DNA of 64,000 nucleotides, taken from NCBI RefSeq assembly GCF_009914755.1, contig NC_060934.1. The stretch is one strand, 5' to 3'. Shown here piece by piece: positions 1-16,689 of the stretch. The position numbers and the translations under genes were made by a program. Numbering within the stretch: position 1 is the first letter of the stretch; every line of letters begins with the position of its first letter. Below the pieces are notes generated by a model. It had not been told where the DNA came from, made no database searches, and worked only from the letters and a program-made list of their open reading frames with translations. The stretch is from the human T2T-CHM13v2.0 reference genome, Homo sapiens.

Positions 1-194
1 CTACTAAAAATAAAAAAATAAAAAAAATTAGCCAGGTGTGGTGGTGGGCGCCTGTAGTCCTAGCTACTCAGGAGGCTGAGGCAGGAGAATGGTGTGAACT
101 CGGGAGGCAGAGCTTGCAGTGAGCCAAGATCGCGCCACTGCACTGTAGCCTGGGCAAGAGAGAGAGACTCCATCTCAAAAAAAAAAAAAAAAAA
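1..194 (+). mobile_element. AluY-like, right arm and A-tail (truncated by window start)
   Basis: Alu right monomer with Y-type diagnostics (agaatggtgtgaac, agagcttgcag) and poly(A) at 177-194. Confidence 0.95.
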
Positions 195-264
195 GAGTTT
201 TCAACAGTGTATGATGTTATCATCTTAGAATTGATGGTCTTTTGGGGGATAGGTTAAATATGTA

Positions 265-560
265 CATTTGCATGATAATTCTTATTTTAATAGCAATGTT
301 AACAGGAAAGTAAAAGAAATATTTCTTTTGTCCATGTCTATGAAAAAGTGAAAAATAAAACCAAGAGTATTTTTTAAATGGCAATGCACACATTTCTTTA
401 CAGTAGTCCCATCTTTCAAAATGCAAACCAAGCATGTCTGTGTCAAAGGAATTAATCTGGCTGCTATACTCATGTTTCTTGTCGGCTGCTCTATTTGTAT
501 AACCAGCCCTTGCTTCAGAATATACACAGGAAGCGGATGGCAGTTCTTGCTCTCCTGGTC
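265..560 (-). other. Candidate terminal exon of an unidentified minus-strand transcript
   Basis: Acceptor tagttgttatttgtttctaag|GACCAGG at 561/560; ATTAAA on minus strand at 291-286; the 3' end is approximate. Confidence 0.35.
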
Positions 561-609
561 CTTAGAAACAAATAACAACTAGGAGCTTTAAAAAAAAAAA
601 AATACAGTA

Positions 610-926
<317 letters not shown>

Positions 927-1762
927 TCAATTCGACTTTAAAACATTTGAAATATTGTTTTAAAAAAAATTGTAGAGAAGAGAAAGTCCCATGTTAACTA
1001 ACAAGTTTGAGGAGTTCGTTGACATGTTCTAATGGTTATTTTTAAGTGATTATAACAGACAAGCATGGTATATGTTTCCAAAATATGTGTGTCATCTAAA
1101 TCCTTAACAAAAATTTTTATTTACTATGAAAAAAGAAGAAAAGAATGTTAATAATATTAACTTTATTACCAGGTAACATCCATGGAGAAAGATAAATATA
1201 TAAAAATAAAAGACACAGTAACTAGTAGCTTCAGACTTTTATATAAAAGATATGTAACTTCATTTGATAATTCACAATTATACTACTCATTGAAGAATAG
1301 GAATCGATGTTTTGTCACCTCAAAACATGATAATTGAAACTAGAAGCCTGTCACTGTGTCATAAATAACATATTGATAAAAGTGTACATAAATGTACATA
1401 AAACATGAGACATTATTGTCAAAGGTCCATCTTTTCATATTTATGTTTGTATGTATGTGTAAATTATTTTAGAATGAGCCTACAACAAAAGGAGAAATTT
1501 TAACCCAAAATAAACTATGATGGGAAAAATCATTTAACATTCCCTATTTGCATAGTCCATACTATATTATCAGTCCTTACAGGAAGTCAACAAAACTCAG
1601 TGACATAAAGAAACAGATTCTTCATTTTCTAACTGTAAAACTGCTAACCTTAAGAATTAAAGATAATGTTTTCTTCTCATCTAGAAAAAAGTAGAAGTAT
1701 TTTATAGGAAACCATATTGAGTATGATATATTTTTTAGTTTTGTTAGGTTCTGGCAACAGAA

Positions 1763-1835
1763 TATGTGTGTGTGTATATATATGTATATATATGTGTGTG
1801 TATATATATGTGTGTGTGTGTGTATATATATATAT
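1763..1835. repeat. (TG)n/(TA)n compound microsatellite
   Basis: Alternating tgtg and tata runs. Confidence 0.95.
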
Positions 1836-2459
1836 GGTCTATCCCCCAAAAGATCATCAATTCTAAGATGATAACATCATATACTGTTGAAAACTCTTTT
1901 AAATGAACTGTAACAGCAGTAATTGTGTTTCTCTGGGTCAACTGCATGGCAAATGTTGCGTGAATCAATACATCATGAGAGGTATACAATTTATCTTTGT
2001 GTGATCCACAAGAAATTCAAGTGCATAATTAGATTATCCATGGCCTGTCGAAAGAACAAAATAAATAGACCTTGTTACCTGAGAGAAAGAGAAAGAAATG
2101 GAATAAATATGAGCCAAAGTGGCAAGGTGCTAGAATTGTCAAAAGGAAAAATATTTCTTTAGAAAGGACTGGGAGCTACAACACTAAAGAAGTAATGAGG
2201 TCTTACTCTTGCAACTCTAGAGTTGAGATTTATATCTCTCATATATAGTATGATTAAGCTATATATAATACAGCATTTATATATTTTATTATATAGTTGG
2301 TATCATGTGCATAGACCATGTCTAGAAAAATACAAATAAAATTTAACAGTGCTTTACTTGAAGAAAACTGAAAAAAAAAAAAAAACTGAAGGATTTTTAA
2401 CTCTGTATCATATAAATGTCTGGGTTGTTTGATTTACTATAATAACTTTTATAATTTAA

Positions 2460-2781
<322 letters not shown>

Positions 2782-3949
2782 AAAAAAAAGGTTTTTAAAA
2801 ACCTGCACATTTAAAACCATTGAAGAAAGACACACATCAAAATGGGAAAGTCTTTGGGTGGTAGAATGGCAGGGAATTCCTAAAATCTTCCCTCTATTTT
2901 TTCTTTAGTATTGCTTTTCAAAGTGAAAAGTTATCCAAGTGATGACTTAAATATGCAGTTTGATACTATGTTTTGGTATATATACAATATATGCTCATTC
3001 CTCCTTTCTTGTGTCTGATTTTTTTCTCTAAGCCTCAGAAAATGCTCCCAGTCATAATGTTTTGAGTAACCCATTCACCTTTCTGTTTCTGTTGGCATAG
3101 ATCTCAATTCTTGCCTCTGATATCCTGATTGAAGATACATCTCACCCCGTTCCTCTATACAATTACAGCCTCCATTGCTTGCTGTTTCTATTTCTTCATG
3201 TAAATTTCTTTAATTTTGCCTTTAAAGCAAATTTTTTTTGAAAGAGTAAGAAAAATCTTCACATCCTTGGTCTGACAATCTTGCTTTGTTGTTTGCACAA
3301 CAAACAGGTTCCCAGAGTGGTGGAACCTGTCACTCAGCAGTAGAGATTTCAGCAGTAAAGGTTTCATCTCTGTTTATGAAGCAGAAGGAGTTTATTGCCT
3401 TTCACATCCTCTGCAGTCATGGGATTATCACTTACAGTGTTCGCCTGTTTGAAAAATGAGATTGTTGCTCTTGAGAACCACAGGTATGTGTTTGTCTCAA
3501 CACGGAGAGATTCATAAAATAAAAAGAGGATATAAACCTTATGCTGAGACATTGACTTGGTTTTATTACTAGCTTCAGAGAAAACATTTCTTATTTAAAT
3601 ACTAAGTGAGATGTAAAAGAAAATATATGAGGATATATAAGTGAAAGTTTGTAAATATTTCTAAAGAACATATATGCAAATCATTTTTCTAAAACTTTTC
3701 CAATTTAGATTTACTTAAATATTTTCCTATTTTATGTTAGTACCTCTCTATATTTTTATGTCATCCGTAGATCTCAAAGGATAAAGGAGAGACTTTTTAA
3801 TCAGTCTTACTTCACAGAAAATAAAATAGCTGCTGTTATTCAATTAATGTGACATTGAATGTACTGACAGAGTTTCTTTGGCTTAAATAATTTAAAATCA
3901 GGTATTTGGGAATGATCAGATTCATGTTTCTAAGAGAACGTATCCCCAC

Positions 3950-4324
3950 TGCTACATATTGAATAGTGTATCTTCACCAAATTCATATGTTGACATCCTA
4001 ATCCTCAATGTGATGGTATTAGGAGCTGGGGCCTTTGGAGGGTAAATTAAACAATTGGGGTACAATCCTCAAGTATGAGATTAGCACCCATATAAGAAGA
4101 GTAATAAGATAGCTTGCACCTCTCTCTCTGCTCTCAGCCATGTGAGGACAAAATGAGAAGAAGATGGCCATCTGTGAATGAGAAAGAGGGTCCTCACCAA
4201 GAACCCAACCATGAGGCACCATGATCTCAAGCTTCCAGCCTACAGAACTGTGAGAAATAAATTTTTGTTGTTTAAGCCACTCAGTCTATGGATTTTACTG
4301 CATCAGCCCCAAGTGACTAAAACA
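3950..4324 (+). mobile_element. MLT1A/A0-like ERVL-MaLR solo LTR
   Basis: TG...CA termini, MLT1 motifs (gccatgtgaggaca, ccagcctacagaactgtgagaaataaa) and 5-bp TSD CCCAC (3945-3949 / 4325-4329). Confidence 0.9.
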
Positions 4325-4504
4325 CCCACTTGTTTTCCTTAAAATGTTACAGATGCACATAGTGGTAAAACTATTTCTCTGCTCTTAGTAAAAAACTGAC
4401 TTTTTCCCCAAAGTGTCCTCATATAAAGTTACATTATTTGAAAGTTTTCAAAGCAATAGAGACCTGTCAGAAAAGGAAAAGATAGCAAAGAAAAGAAAAA
4501 GGTA

Positions 4505-4800
<296 letters not shown>

Positions 4801-5291
4801 GAGAAAGGTAACATCTGCTGTTGCAGAAGAAAGCGCTGTTATACATCAGTACTGGGAATTTATCTTTTTGGATTGGAATGTGGCAGTGCCCATTAAGCTT
4901 TTATTAAGCGCAATTTCAATTGTTTTGACTCATTATTTGCACTTTTAGAAAATTTCTTCTAAGGTAATCATTTAAAATATTCACAGAGTTTGCTAGGAGA
5001 AAGCATAATAAAAAATCTAACAGAATTTGGAATTTGATATAAATAAATATTTAATAAATATACTATGGAAGAACACACATTTTATTCAAAAACACAACAT
5101 GCCATCAGTTCAAATAGTGTAAATGAATATGTGGTGACAGTGAAAGCCATAAAATATTAACAGAAAATAGCAAATTACAAACTGTATATACAGTGCAATT
5201 TTATTTTTTCTAGTATTTGCATAGAAAACTTATGTACAAAAATGTTAACAATATCTCTGTGTAATGGTTTGTCATTGTCATCATCACCATC

Positions 5292-5694
5292 TACATTCTT
5301 GCATTGCTATAAAGAAATACCTGAGCCTGGGTAATTTATAAAGGAAAGAAGTTTAATTGGCTCATCGTTCTGCAGGCTGTACAGGAAACATGGTGCTAGC
5401 ATCTGCTCAGCTTCTGGGGAAGCCTCAAGAAGCTTACAGTCATGGCAGAAGGTGAAGGGGAAGCAGGCTATTCACATGGCAAAAGCAGGAACAAGAGAGA
5501 GAGTGACTGGAGAGGAGGTGCCACACACTTTTAAATGACCAGATGTCATGAGAACTCACTATCACAAAGACAACACCAAGCCATGAGGGATCCACCCCCA
5601 TGACCCAAACACCTCCCACCAGGCCTCACCTCTGGCTCTGGGGATTACAATTCAACATGAGATTTGGGTGGGGACAGATATCCAAAGTATATTA
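5292..5694 (-). mobile_element. MST (MSTB-like) MaLR solo LTR
   Basis: MST motifs (gctataaagaaatacctgag, attacaattcaacatgagatttgggtggggacag) and TSD CCATC. Confidence 0.9.
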
Positions 5695-5839
5695 CCATCA
5701 CCATCATCATACTTTTCATACTTTTCTTGAATGAACATGTGTTTATATCTCTGGTACTGACCTCTCTTCCCTGAGCTCTAGTCTCTGTGACTCTCCAGAC
5801 TCTATTTGATATCTTCATTTGGTAACCTATTATTATTTT

Positions 5840-6020
5840 ATTCATTTTTTAATTTATTCATTTATTCACTTACTCATTCAACAAATATAAAGAGAGAGCC
5901 TACATTATATCTCAAGCACCTGTCTAGGCATTGAGTATTAAGCACTGAAAGAACCAAGTAGATAAATATCCATACCCCCTGCCTCCCCCGCGATGTAGCA
6001 TGCCTTCTAGTGGAGATCTG
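5840..6020 (-). mobile_element. L2 3' end fragment
   Basis: ttcattcaacaaata... L2 tail motif. Confidence 0.65.
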
Positions 6021-6399
6021 TCTCAAGCTTACCATGACAGTAAGAGATGCCTTGATTTTCTTCCTAATTTAGTACTCACTCTTCTCCAACTCAGCAAAAG
6101 ACCTAGACATTCATATCTACTCAGTTTCTCATGTACTCAAACTTGCTTTTCTATCAATAAAAAAAGAAAGTTCTTTATAATTGAAGACATTTTTATGAGT
6201 GAAATAGGATGCTGAAAACCGGCACATGAGACACTGAAGTAAACTAGGAGACACGTCCTGGAACAGCAAAGTCAAAATGAGAAAAGAGACCCAGAATAGC
6301 TTATGTTCAGGGAGGGAGGTGAAAGTTTGCCAAGTGTTCTGGCAAAAAGCCTCACCATTTCGCTCGTCTCACTATCCACAGACACACCTCCATCATCCA

Positions 6400-8050
6400 T
6401 CTTAAATTATCATCTTAAAAGCATCAGTGATAATTAAATAATGTTTCTGTCACCATAGAAATTCCAAGATTCTCCAAGTACCCCTTACCACTGAATTCTA
6501 ACCCCATTGGCTCCACACATCCCTTTTTCTAACATTATTTCTGTCCCTCTCCAAAGTGCCTTTTAGAACAAAAGGTCAAGCCACAACTTCTTATTCCAAC
6601 ATTCTTTCTTGTTACAAGATTGGTTGACTCCTAAAGATCCCTTCAGCCCTTACAGAACATATAATTTTATCTTCATTAACATATCCAAGGCATTCTGCCA
6701 CTAGAAAAAAAAAAAACAGGCTTTTAGAATCTCACGTCATGAGGCTACACCATTACTACTTCTACATGTTAAAGTCACAATAAGATCCCTGACTTGTTTC
6801 CGAGAGGTCCTTGAAAATTTTCACTCCTGCTTCTGAGTTACTTTCTCAACATTGCTCCTGACATAATTCCTCATCATTTGCACAACCATGGGAATGGATT
6901 TTAAAATGGCATAGAAAAGATATTGTAAATTCATAGGAATTATTTTTCCAATACTATCTCCTATCCTCCCATTATCTTGGCTACTCATTCATATAGTCAC
7001 ATATTAGACCAGTGCATTCCAACCATTTTCACGTCATGCATGCAAAGAAGGTGATTGTATGGCACATCAGAGGAATAGGAATAGGAGAAGGCTGCTCTTG
7101 GACCTGAGGGTTCTGGCCACTTCAGGTTTATCTAGCTGTTTGAGGGGCTGAGCAGATTAATCACTGTGGTAAAACTATAACCAATTTTTGTCACTCTAAT
7201 TGGAAAGCTCAGCATAGAGCTTGTCATTACTAATAACTTCAACCCCTTCCATGATACTGATTTCAAGCATCCTGTTGTCCGATCATACCTCCAATCATTC
7301 CAAATCATTCTCTAATACCCAAATCCAATAATTCTTCAACCCCACTAAAACTAATTATTCAATAATTCACCCACCTTTATTCACTGTTCATTCTTTCACA
7401 TTCTTATTTTCCTCTTACTTAACTGAAAGTCCATGCTCAAATGCTAGTAAACCCACCTTTATGTATCATCTCAGATCCTCTGCCTCTCTCTACTCTAGCT
7501 TTGGTTAAATTAAGGTCTGTCTCTCCTTCATACCACACTGTTGAATGTGGCTGGAGAAGAAGATAGCTGACTCTTCTCACTATACATGTGTAACCATTGA
7601 CCCCAAATGGATTCTAAGTATTCTGTCAATGTAACCACTGACCTCAATATGTATTTTCCTAGTCATCCATACTCTTACTCTCCTAGAGTATTTTTTCCTC
7701 AGACTTCTAATATCTCCTCCTATATCCTCATCCTCAGCTGGTGAGTCTACTTCCCAGTTTACTGAGAACACAGAAGAAATCAGAAGATAGCCTCCAGAGT
7801 TCCTACCACGATATCTAACATTTCCCACTCTGCCCAGACACCTGAATTCCAATGGAAGAACTGATTTGAAGATAACCCTCCATGGTTCCTACCACGACAT
7901 ATAATATCTCCCACTGTGCCCATAGACATGTGGACTCCAATGGAAGAACTAACTTGCTCCCATGCAAGGTCAGTGTCTCTACTGTACTGTGTAGTCTAAT
8001 CCCCTCTCATCTACTGATAGAGGTAGTTCTAACTATTATTTCCCATACAA
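6400..8050 (+). mobile_element. Degenerate L2 internal region, with a probable hAT MITE at about 7010-7212
   Basis: Pyrimidine-rich L2 ORF2-like motifs (gaatgtggctggagaaga, tacttcccagtttactgagaacacagaagaaatcagaag). Confidence 0.55.
7783..7955 (+). repeat. Diverged tandem duplication of about 85 bp
   Basis: gaagata..cctcca..gttcctaccacga...ccaatggaagaact occurs at 7783-7867 and again at 7868-7955. Confidence 0.85.
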
Positions 8051-9162
8051 ATAAATGATTTGTTTCTCTCATCTGGGAGGAAAAAAGAGCAATTTCTTCA
8101 ATTTTGGAAAATCCTTAACTACCCTTTCAAATATTGCTTCTCTTCCAAGGCCTTAATTTCTCATCTTCAGTGTCTCCTAGTAGACAGATGTTGGAGTCAT
8201 CCAATTAGCCCTCTTGTCTCAACGGTTCTTTCACATTTTTTAACTCATTTTTTAACTCTCTCTTTCTTTGTGCTATGTTCAGGATGAATTCCTCAGTACC
8301 ATCTTCCAGTTTACTAATCTTTTTTAATTTCTGTACCATCTACAGTTTATTTCACCTATTGAATTTTTATGTCAATGAATATACTATATAAGCACTTACA
8401 TTAATTATTTTCTTATTTATCCTCTATTTTTATTTTATTTCTTATTGGTTTTATTTTATAACTAACTCAAGTTTCTTTTAGTTTAAATGGAAGTGATATC
8501 TTCATTTAATAATGTGCAAACCCTAAAAGCACGCTTAACCTAAGTACTTAACTACATTTTAATTTAAAAATATAATCTGGTGTAAATTCACATTCCAAAT
8601 ATTGATTTTTCCCAAATATTGATTGTGTTATCTTCCTCCACATTATATTCTGTCATTAGTTTTAGAATTTGGATTTGCAGGCTGATTATAAATAAAAGGA
8701 CTGAAGCAGGGGAGTTTTACATGTTGGTCCATCCTTTTCCAAAGGATTTGAAGTTACCTGAACCCAGCCCCCATGCCCTTAGTCAAGAATCAGGTCTTGT
8801 ACTGGCATTTTAGTAATTCAGTCCTGAAGTAATTTGGGGTATGTCATCTGACTGGTCACTAAGCCACTAGTCAGCTTATTCAGTTACTGGCAAAAGGCTG
8901 GTATGTGCCACTTTTTAAAAGGTGAGACAGCTCTTTTGAGACCCCCTTCAGAATCAGAGGGGGTCCCTGCCCCATTGCTGAAAATGATCCTGGCCCTTTC
9001 CCCTTATTCATAAGAAATACTTTAAATCTTGTCAGGAATTATAGGATCTAAATTCCCAGATATCACCCCCTACTTCCAGAATGTTACATTTTCCTTCTAT
9101 TTGCTTTGCTAGGGTTACTTCATTTTTTTTCTTTTATCTTCTTTAATAATATTTTTAATTCT

Positions 9163-10240
9163 GGAAGAGGTACAAAGCAAGATGATAAAGTAGGACTCTC
9201 CAACAATCATCCCCCTGCAGAAGCATCAATTAGAATAACTATCAATGCACCAAAATATCTTCATAAGAGCTAAGGAAACAAACTGAAGGATTACAATACC
9301 TAGTTATAGCACAAAAATGAGAAAAGACACATTGAAGAGGAAGAACAGTTTTACATGACTCATGTCACCCTCTTTCAATCCCAGGCGGCACAGGAAAATA
9401 CAAGTCAAACCACAAAGAGATATCACCTCACAACTCTTAAAATGACTATTATCAAAAAGCCAAATGATAACAAGTGTTGGTAATGAGGTAGAGAAAAGAG
9501 AACACTTAGACACTGCTAATGGGATTATAAACTAGGACAGCCATTATGACATTATGGGAAGCAGTATGAGGGTTTCCCAAAAAACTAAAAATAGAACTAC
9601 CATATGATCCAGCAATCTCACTACTAGGTATATAGACAAAGGAAAGGAAATCAGTATGTTGAAGAGATATCTGCACTCCCATGTTTATTGCAGAACTATT
9701 TATAACAGCCCAATATGGAATCAACCTGTGTCCATCAATGGGTAAAGAAAATGTAGTATATATACACAATGGAATATTATTTAGCCCTAAAAAAGAAGGA
9801 AATGCTGTCATTTGCAAAATGAATGAACCTGGAGAACATTATGTTAAGTAAAATAAGCTGCACAGAGAACGACAAATACCACTTAATCTCACTCATATAC
9901 GAAATCTAGAAAAGTTCATCTTGCAGATGTAGAGAATCATGGTTAGCACAGACTGGAGATGGAGAATCTGTTGGTCAAAGGATAAAAATTTAAGTTCAAT
10001 AGGAAGAATAAGTTAAAGAGAGCTATCATACAACATAATAACTATAATTAAAAATATTTTATATTCTTGAAAAATGCTAAGAAAATGGATGTAAACTGTT
10101 CTTACAACAAAAATGGTAAACTATTTGAGGATATGAATATATTAATTAGCTAGATTTAGTCTTTCCACAGTGTATATATAATTCAAAACAAGATGTTTGT
10201 ACAATGTAAATACAATTTTATCTGTCAGGTTGAAAAAAAA
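9163..10240 (+). mobile_element. L1MA (L1MA7-like): 5'UTR start fused to ORF2 3' end and 3'UTR
   Basis: L1M-type 5' terminus (caagatg...ggactctcc...) to about 9392, then ORF2 C-terminal sequence and L1MA 3'UTR with A-tail. Confidence 0.8.
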
Positions 10241-10859
10241 TTTTTTTTAAAGTTTAATTATTTTAATTTTTTGCTTACAAATTAAAGTGCTCAGGAAAAT
10301 GAACTTGCCCCTGAATAATTATTCTAGGTTTCATAATTTTATTATATAGTGCTTTATCATTATCCACTACAGATTTTTTTTCAAATTCCTGTTTGACCAA
10401 AGATGTATAAAGAAAAAATATTTAAAATGTTTCAGTACTTTCGTTTTTTTCAAGTTTTTTTAAAACTTTTTTCTAATCTTATTATACTGTGCATAGATAG
10501 CAGTTTTCTACTATTTTTATTCTTAGAAATTTTTAACATATTTAAGTCTTAATATGTGGTCAATATTTGTAAATATTTCACAGCTGTAGGGAGAATGAAT
10601 AATGTATTCCCTGTTACTCCAATATTGCTAATAACATTCCCTACTTAATACATATAGAATTTGAAACATATCTACTAAGTAAAACTTAGTAATTATGTTA
10701 TTTAGATCTTCAAACACTTACTTATTTTGTTTTTCTTCTTAACCCTCTATAAACTGAGAAAACCACTTAATGTCTCACACTACTCTTATCTTTGTGTTTA
10801 TATGTCTTATGTATTTTGATATGTTATTCTTTGTTATATATACAGGTCATGATTTTTTA

Positions 10860-11250
10860 ATTCATACTTTCATTCATTTCATTCATTTACTCATTCACTC
10901 AACAAGTATGTATTGAGTATCAAGCACATACCAGCTGCTGTTTGGGGCTCTAAGGATGAAAGAGTAAACAAAAATAAAGAAAAGAGATTGTTTTAAAATC
11001 TGCTTCTGAGTAGTTTATGCTCTGGCAGAGGGTAACACATGAAAAAATGAAATGAAATATTAAAATGAAAATCCATTAGACATTCATAAAAATTAAAAAG
11101 GAAAAGGAAACAGAAAAGTGATAGGCAGTGTATGAATAGGAGAATCGCTACTTAATATAGGGTGGTCAAGAAAGGCATAGCTAAAAATGTTATTTGATTG
11201 CCCATTTGAAGACGGCGAAAAATTATGATTGAAGATATTTGTAAGAAGAG
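10860..11250 (-). mobile_element. L2 3' fragment
   Basis: ttcattcactcaacaagtatgtattgagtatc... L2 tail. Confidence 0.7.
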
Positions 11251-11336
11251 CAGATATCTTTTAAATTTCTTTAGTTAATAAGTGACTATATCTAATTTAT
11301 ATTACTGTAACAAATATAATCAGTCTGATATTATCT

Positions 11337-13553
<2,217 letters not shown>

Positions 13554-14651
13554 ATCAGTCTGATACTATCTAAATATAGTAGATGACCATTAGAACCATA
13601 TTTTAATTAATGAAGTGATAAAAAGATTTTCTGATTTTATGTTTTCCTTTTGCTTGCACAGTATCTCCTCTCTACCTCATTTGAGGAATCACTTAATTTA
13701 TTTTATTCTCACCAACTTCCTCAATAAATTTGGAAGAATACAGTTTAATTTTTGAAGTAATTATTACTTTAAATATATATAACTTTCTTAAAACTGTATT
13801 TCTCAATGTATCAACTTCAAAACACAACTTTTCTTTCTTCCTGACAAGAGATGAAGAAAACAGTAGAGCATATTATAGTTTTCCTCCTACACACTTTCTT
13901 TTCCAATGTCTACTTTGGTTTTTGGCTCTAGTGCAGTTTTACAAAATCATGATTTTCACAGCACGTAACTTTTTTTCAAAAACTTTAAGTTATTTTGTTT
14001 CTTACATATAACTCTATTTTAAATAAAACCATTGCTCGCCATAAGTTCTTTTTTAGTATGGATTTTTCATTTGCAATTTTAAAACATTTTGGTAAATGTT
14101 TATAAATTCAGCTGAAATATGCCATCAGTAAGATTTTACAGGAGGGAGAATTGGCTTTTGAAAAGTTTTAGTACATTTTTAAACATTTTCCTATTCCCTT
14201 TATTCATGAATAATACAAAAGTTGGACACAGAATTTCTGGTTCTCATAAGTTTCTCCTCAAAAATCTAGAGATATTGCTCCATTATCTACTAGACTCAGA
14301 AGTTGCTGAGAAGGTTGAGGCCAGCCTGATGGTATATTTCCTTTGTAATTGGCAGTTTCTTGTTCCTGGTAGATTGTAGGATTCTTTCTCAATCCTACAG
14401 TATTTTTCTCAGTGTGGGCTACTTTCTTGAAATATGGTGAGACTTTCCTTCAGACTCAGGTCTTCGTTCATTTTTTGAATCATTTTAATCTTTTTCTGTG
14501 CCACTTTAACAAATGGAGAACATAACGGTTCTCCATTTGAACATCAGAAACACAAATAATACGTATGTTGGTTCTTTGCTTTCTTTCCTCAATGTCCATT
14601 ATTTCCTCTTTTATCATTTTTAAATATTCATTTTATATCCTACCAGGGAGA

Positions 14652-14690
14652 GTGTATATGTGTGTATGTGTGTGTGTGTGTGTGTGTGTA
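14652..14690. repeat. (TG)n microsatellite
   Basis: tgtgtg run. Confidence 0.9.
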
Positions 14691-14718
14691 TGGTTTCCTG
14701 CCAATCCCACAAATGTGA

Positions 14719-15046
<328 letters not shown>

Positions 15047-15345
15047 TTTTTTTTTTTTTTTTTTTTTTGGAGACAGGGTCTTAATCTTTTGCTCAGGTTG
15101 GAGTGCAGTGGCCTAATCATGGCTCTCTGCAGCCTCCCATGCTCAGGGGGTCCTCCCACCTCAGCCTCCTGAATAACTGGAACTACAGGCATGCACCACC
15201 ATGCACAGATAATTTTTGTATTTTTTGTAGAGATGGGGTTTTGCCATGATGCCCAGGCTGGTCTCAAACTCCTGGCCTCAAGCCATCTACCCACCTGGGT
15301 CTCCCAAAGTGTTGGAATTACTGGCATTAGCCACTGCAGCCGGCT
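15047..15345 (-). mobile_element. AluJ
   Basis: J diagnostics (gagacagggtct, gctcagggggtcctcccacctc); TSD ccagtgttaatt / ccaatgttaatt flanks the Alu pair. Confidence 0.92.
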
Positions 15346-15956
15346 CCAATGTTAATTTTATTTATTATTTATAATGGGGTTTTAACTTCTTCAGTGGTCT
15401 AAATTTTCTTCTTTCTTCCTTGACTCATCTCAGTTCTTTTTAAATTTTAATTCTATTATCTTATATCTTCTTAGATCTCTTGCATCTTCCATTTATTTTT
15501 AAGCTTACTTCAGTCTCTTTTCTCTTGAATTTCCTAAAAATGGTCAGAAATTGTTACTAACTTATTTTATTTCTCATAGTTAATCTTTTTAATGTTATTA
15601 ACATGTCTTTTGCATGCTTCATCCTTCTCCTTTATTTTCTACAGATTTTTTTCATAAATTTTATATATTTTAATTTTCATCTCTGAAGTGAGAAATCTTA
15701 TTCCAGGCCTATTAATTGCAAAGCAAAACAAGGAGAGATTTACCTTAGTCCCCTCTCTAGTTACCTGAATAGAGTTTGAATTCTCCTGTTGAAGATCTAG
15801 ACAAAGTTCTGGATAAGAAAGATTTGTATTCTATCTTCAGTCACCAAGGTTCTCAAAATGAACTTGACTGGAGGATGAAGGAGAAGTTGAGGCAGACAAT
15901 TACGGAAGCATAGGATGTTTCCTTCAACCGCTTTTTCTTCAAATATAAATATTCCA

Positions 15957-16241
15957 CCAGGCACGGAGGCTCACACATGTAATCCCAGCACTTTGGGAAA
16001 CCAAGGTGGGCAGATCGCTTGAGCTCAGGAGTTTGAGACCAGCCTGGCCAACATGGTGAAACCCCATCTTTACTGAAAATACAAAAATTATTCACATGCA
16101 GTGGTGGGTGCCTGTAGTTCCAGCTACTCGGGAAGTTGAAGTGAGAGGAAGCAGGGGTTCCAGTGAGCCAAGATTGCGCCACTGCACTCCAGCCTGGGCG
16201 ACAGAGTGAGACACTGTCTAAAATATATATATATATATATT
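15957..16241 (+). mobile_element. AluS/Jb with (TA)n tail
   Basis: Dimeric Alu with a small right-arm deletion. Confidence 0.9.
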
Positions 16242-16414
16242 TATATCTCCCATCCAGGTTTATATGGGGATTCAATTCAAGTTTTAGTGATTCCCTAGAT
16301 TCAGGAGGCCAGATCAAGTTTAGTGTTCATAACTAACAGGATTCACAGTCAATTTGTGCAAAGACCTATGCAAAGATTTCATCATTATGAAGCCCATCGA
16401 ATATTTACACTTAC

Positions 16415-16474
16415 TTCTTGCTAGAAATTTAATGGCACATCTCCATTGTTCTCATTCTTAATTGTCCTGTTCCT
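16415..16474 (-). other. Candidate 60-nt internal exon, closed in all three frames
   Basis: ccacttccttcttttag|AGGAAC...GCAAGAA|gtaagt. Confidence 0.3.
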
Positions 16475-16689
16475 CTAAAAGAAGGAAGTGGTCCTTTGGC
16501 AGGGAATTCTGGGAATGTACTTTCCATTCTCGCAGGATCAGCTCATGACCCCGTTTCTAGCTAGAAATGATGTATACAGCCCTTCAGAACATTCTCAACC
16601 AATTCCTGCTTGCGTCATCACACTCATGATTAAGGGAGATTTCTATATTCCTCTATGCCTGGCAAATAATGTTGAAGGAATATATTACA

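Noticed and set aside
6356-6400. Minus-strand 45-nt exon-like segment (MDDGGVSVDSETSEM|gtgagg)
   Set aside because: Weak polypyrimidine tract and it sits at the edge of L2-derived sequence
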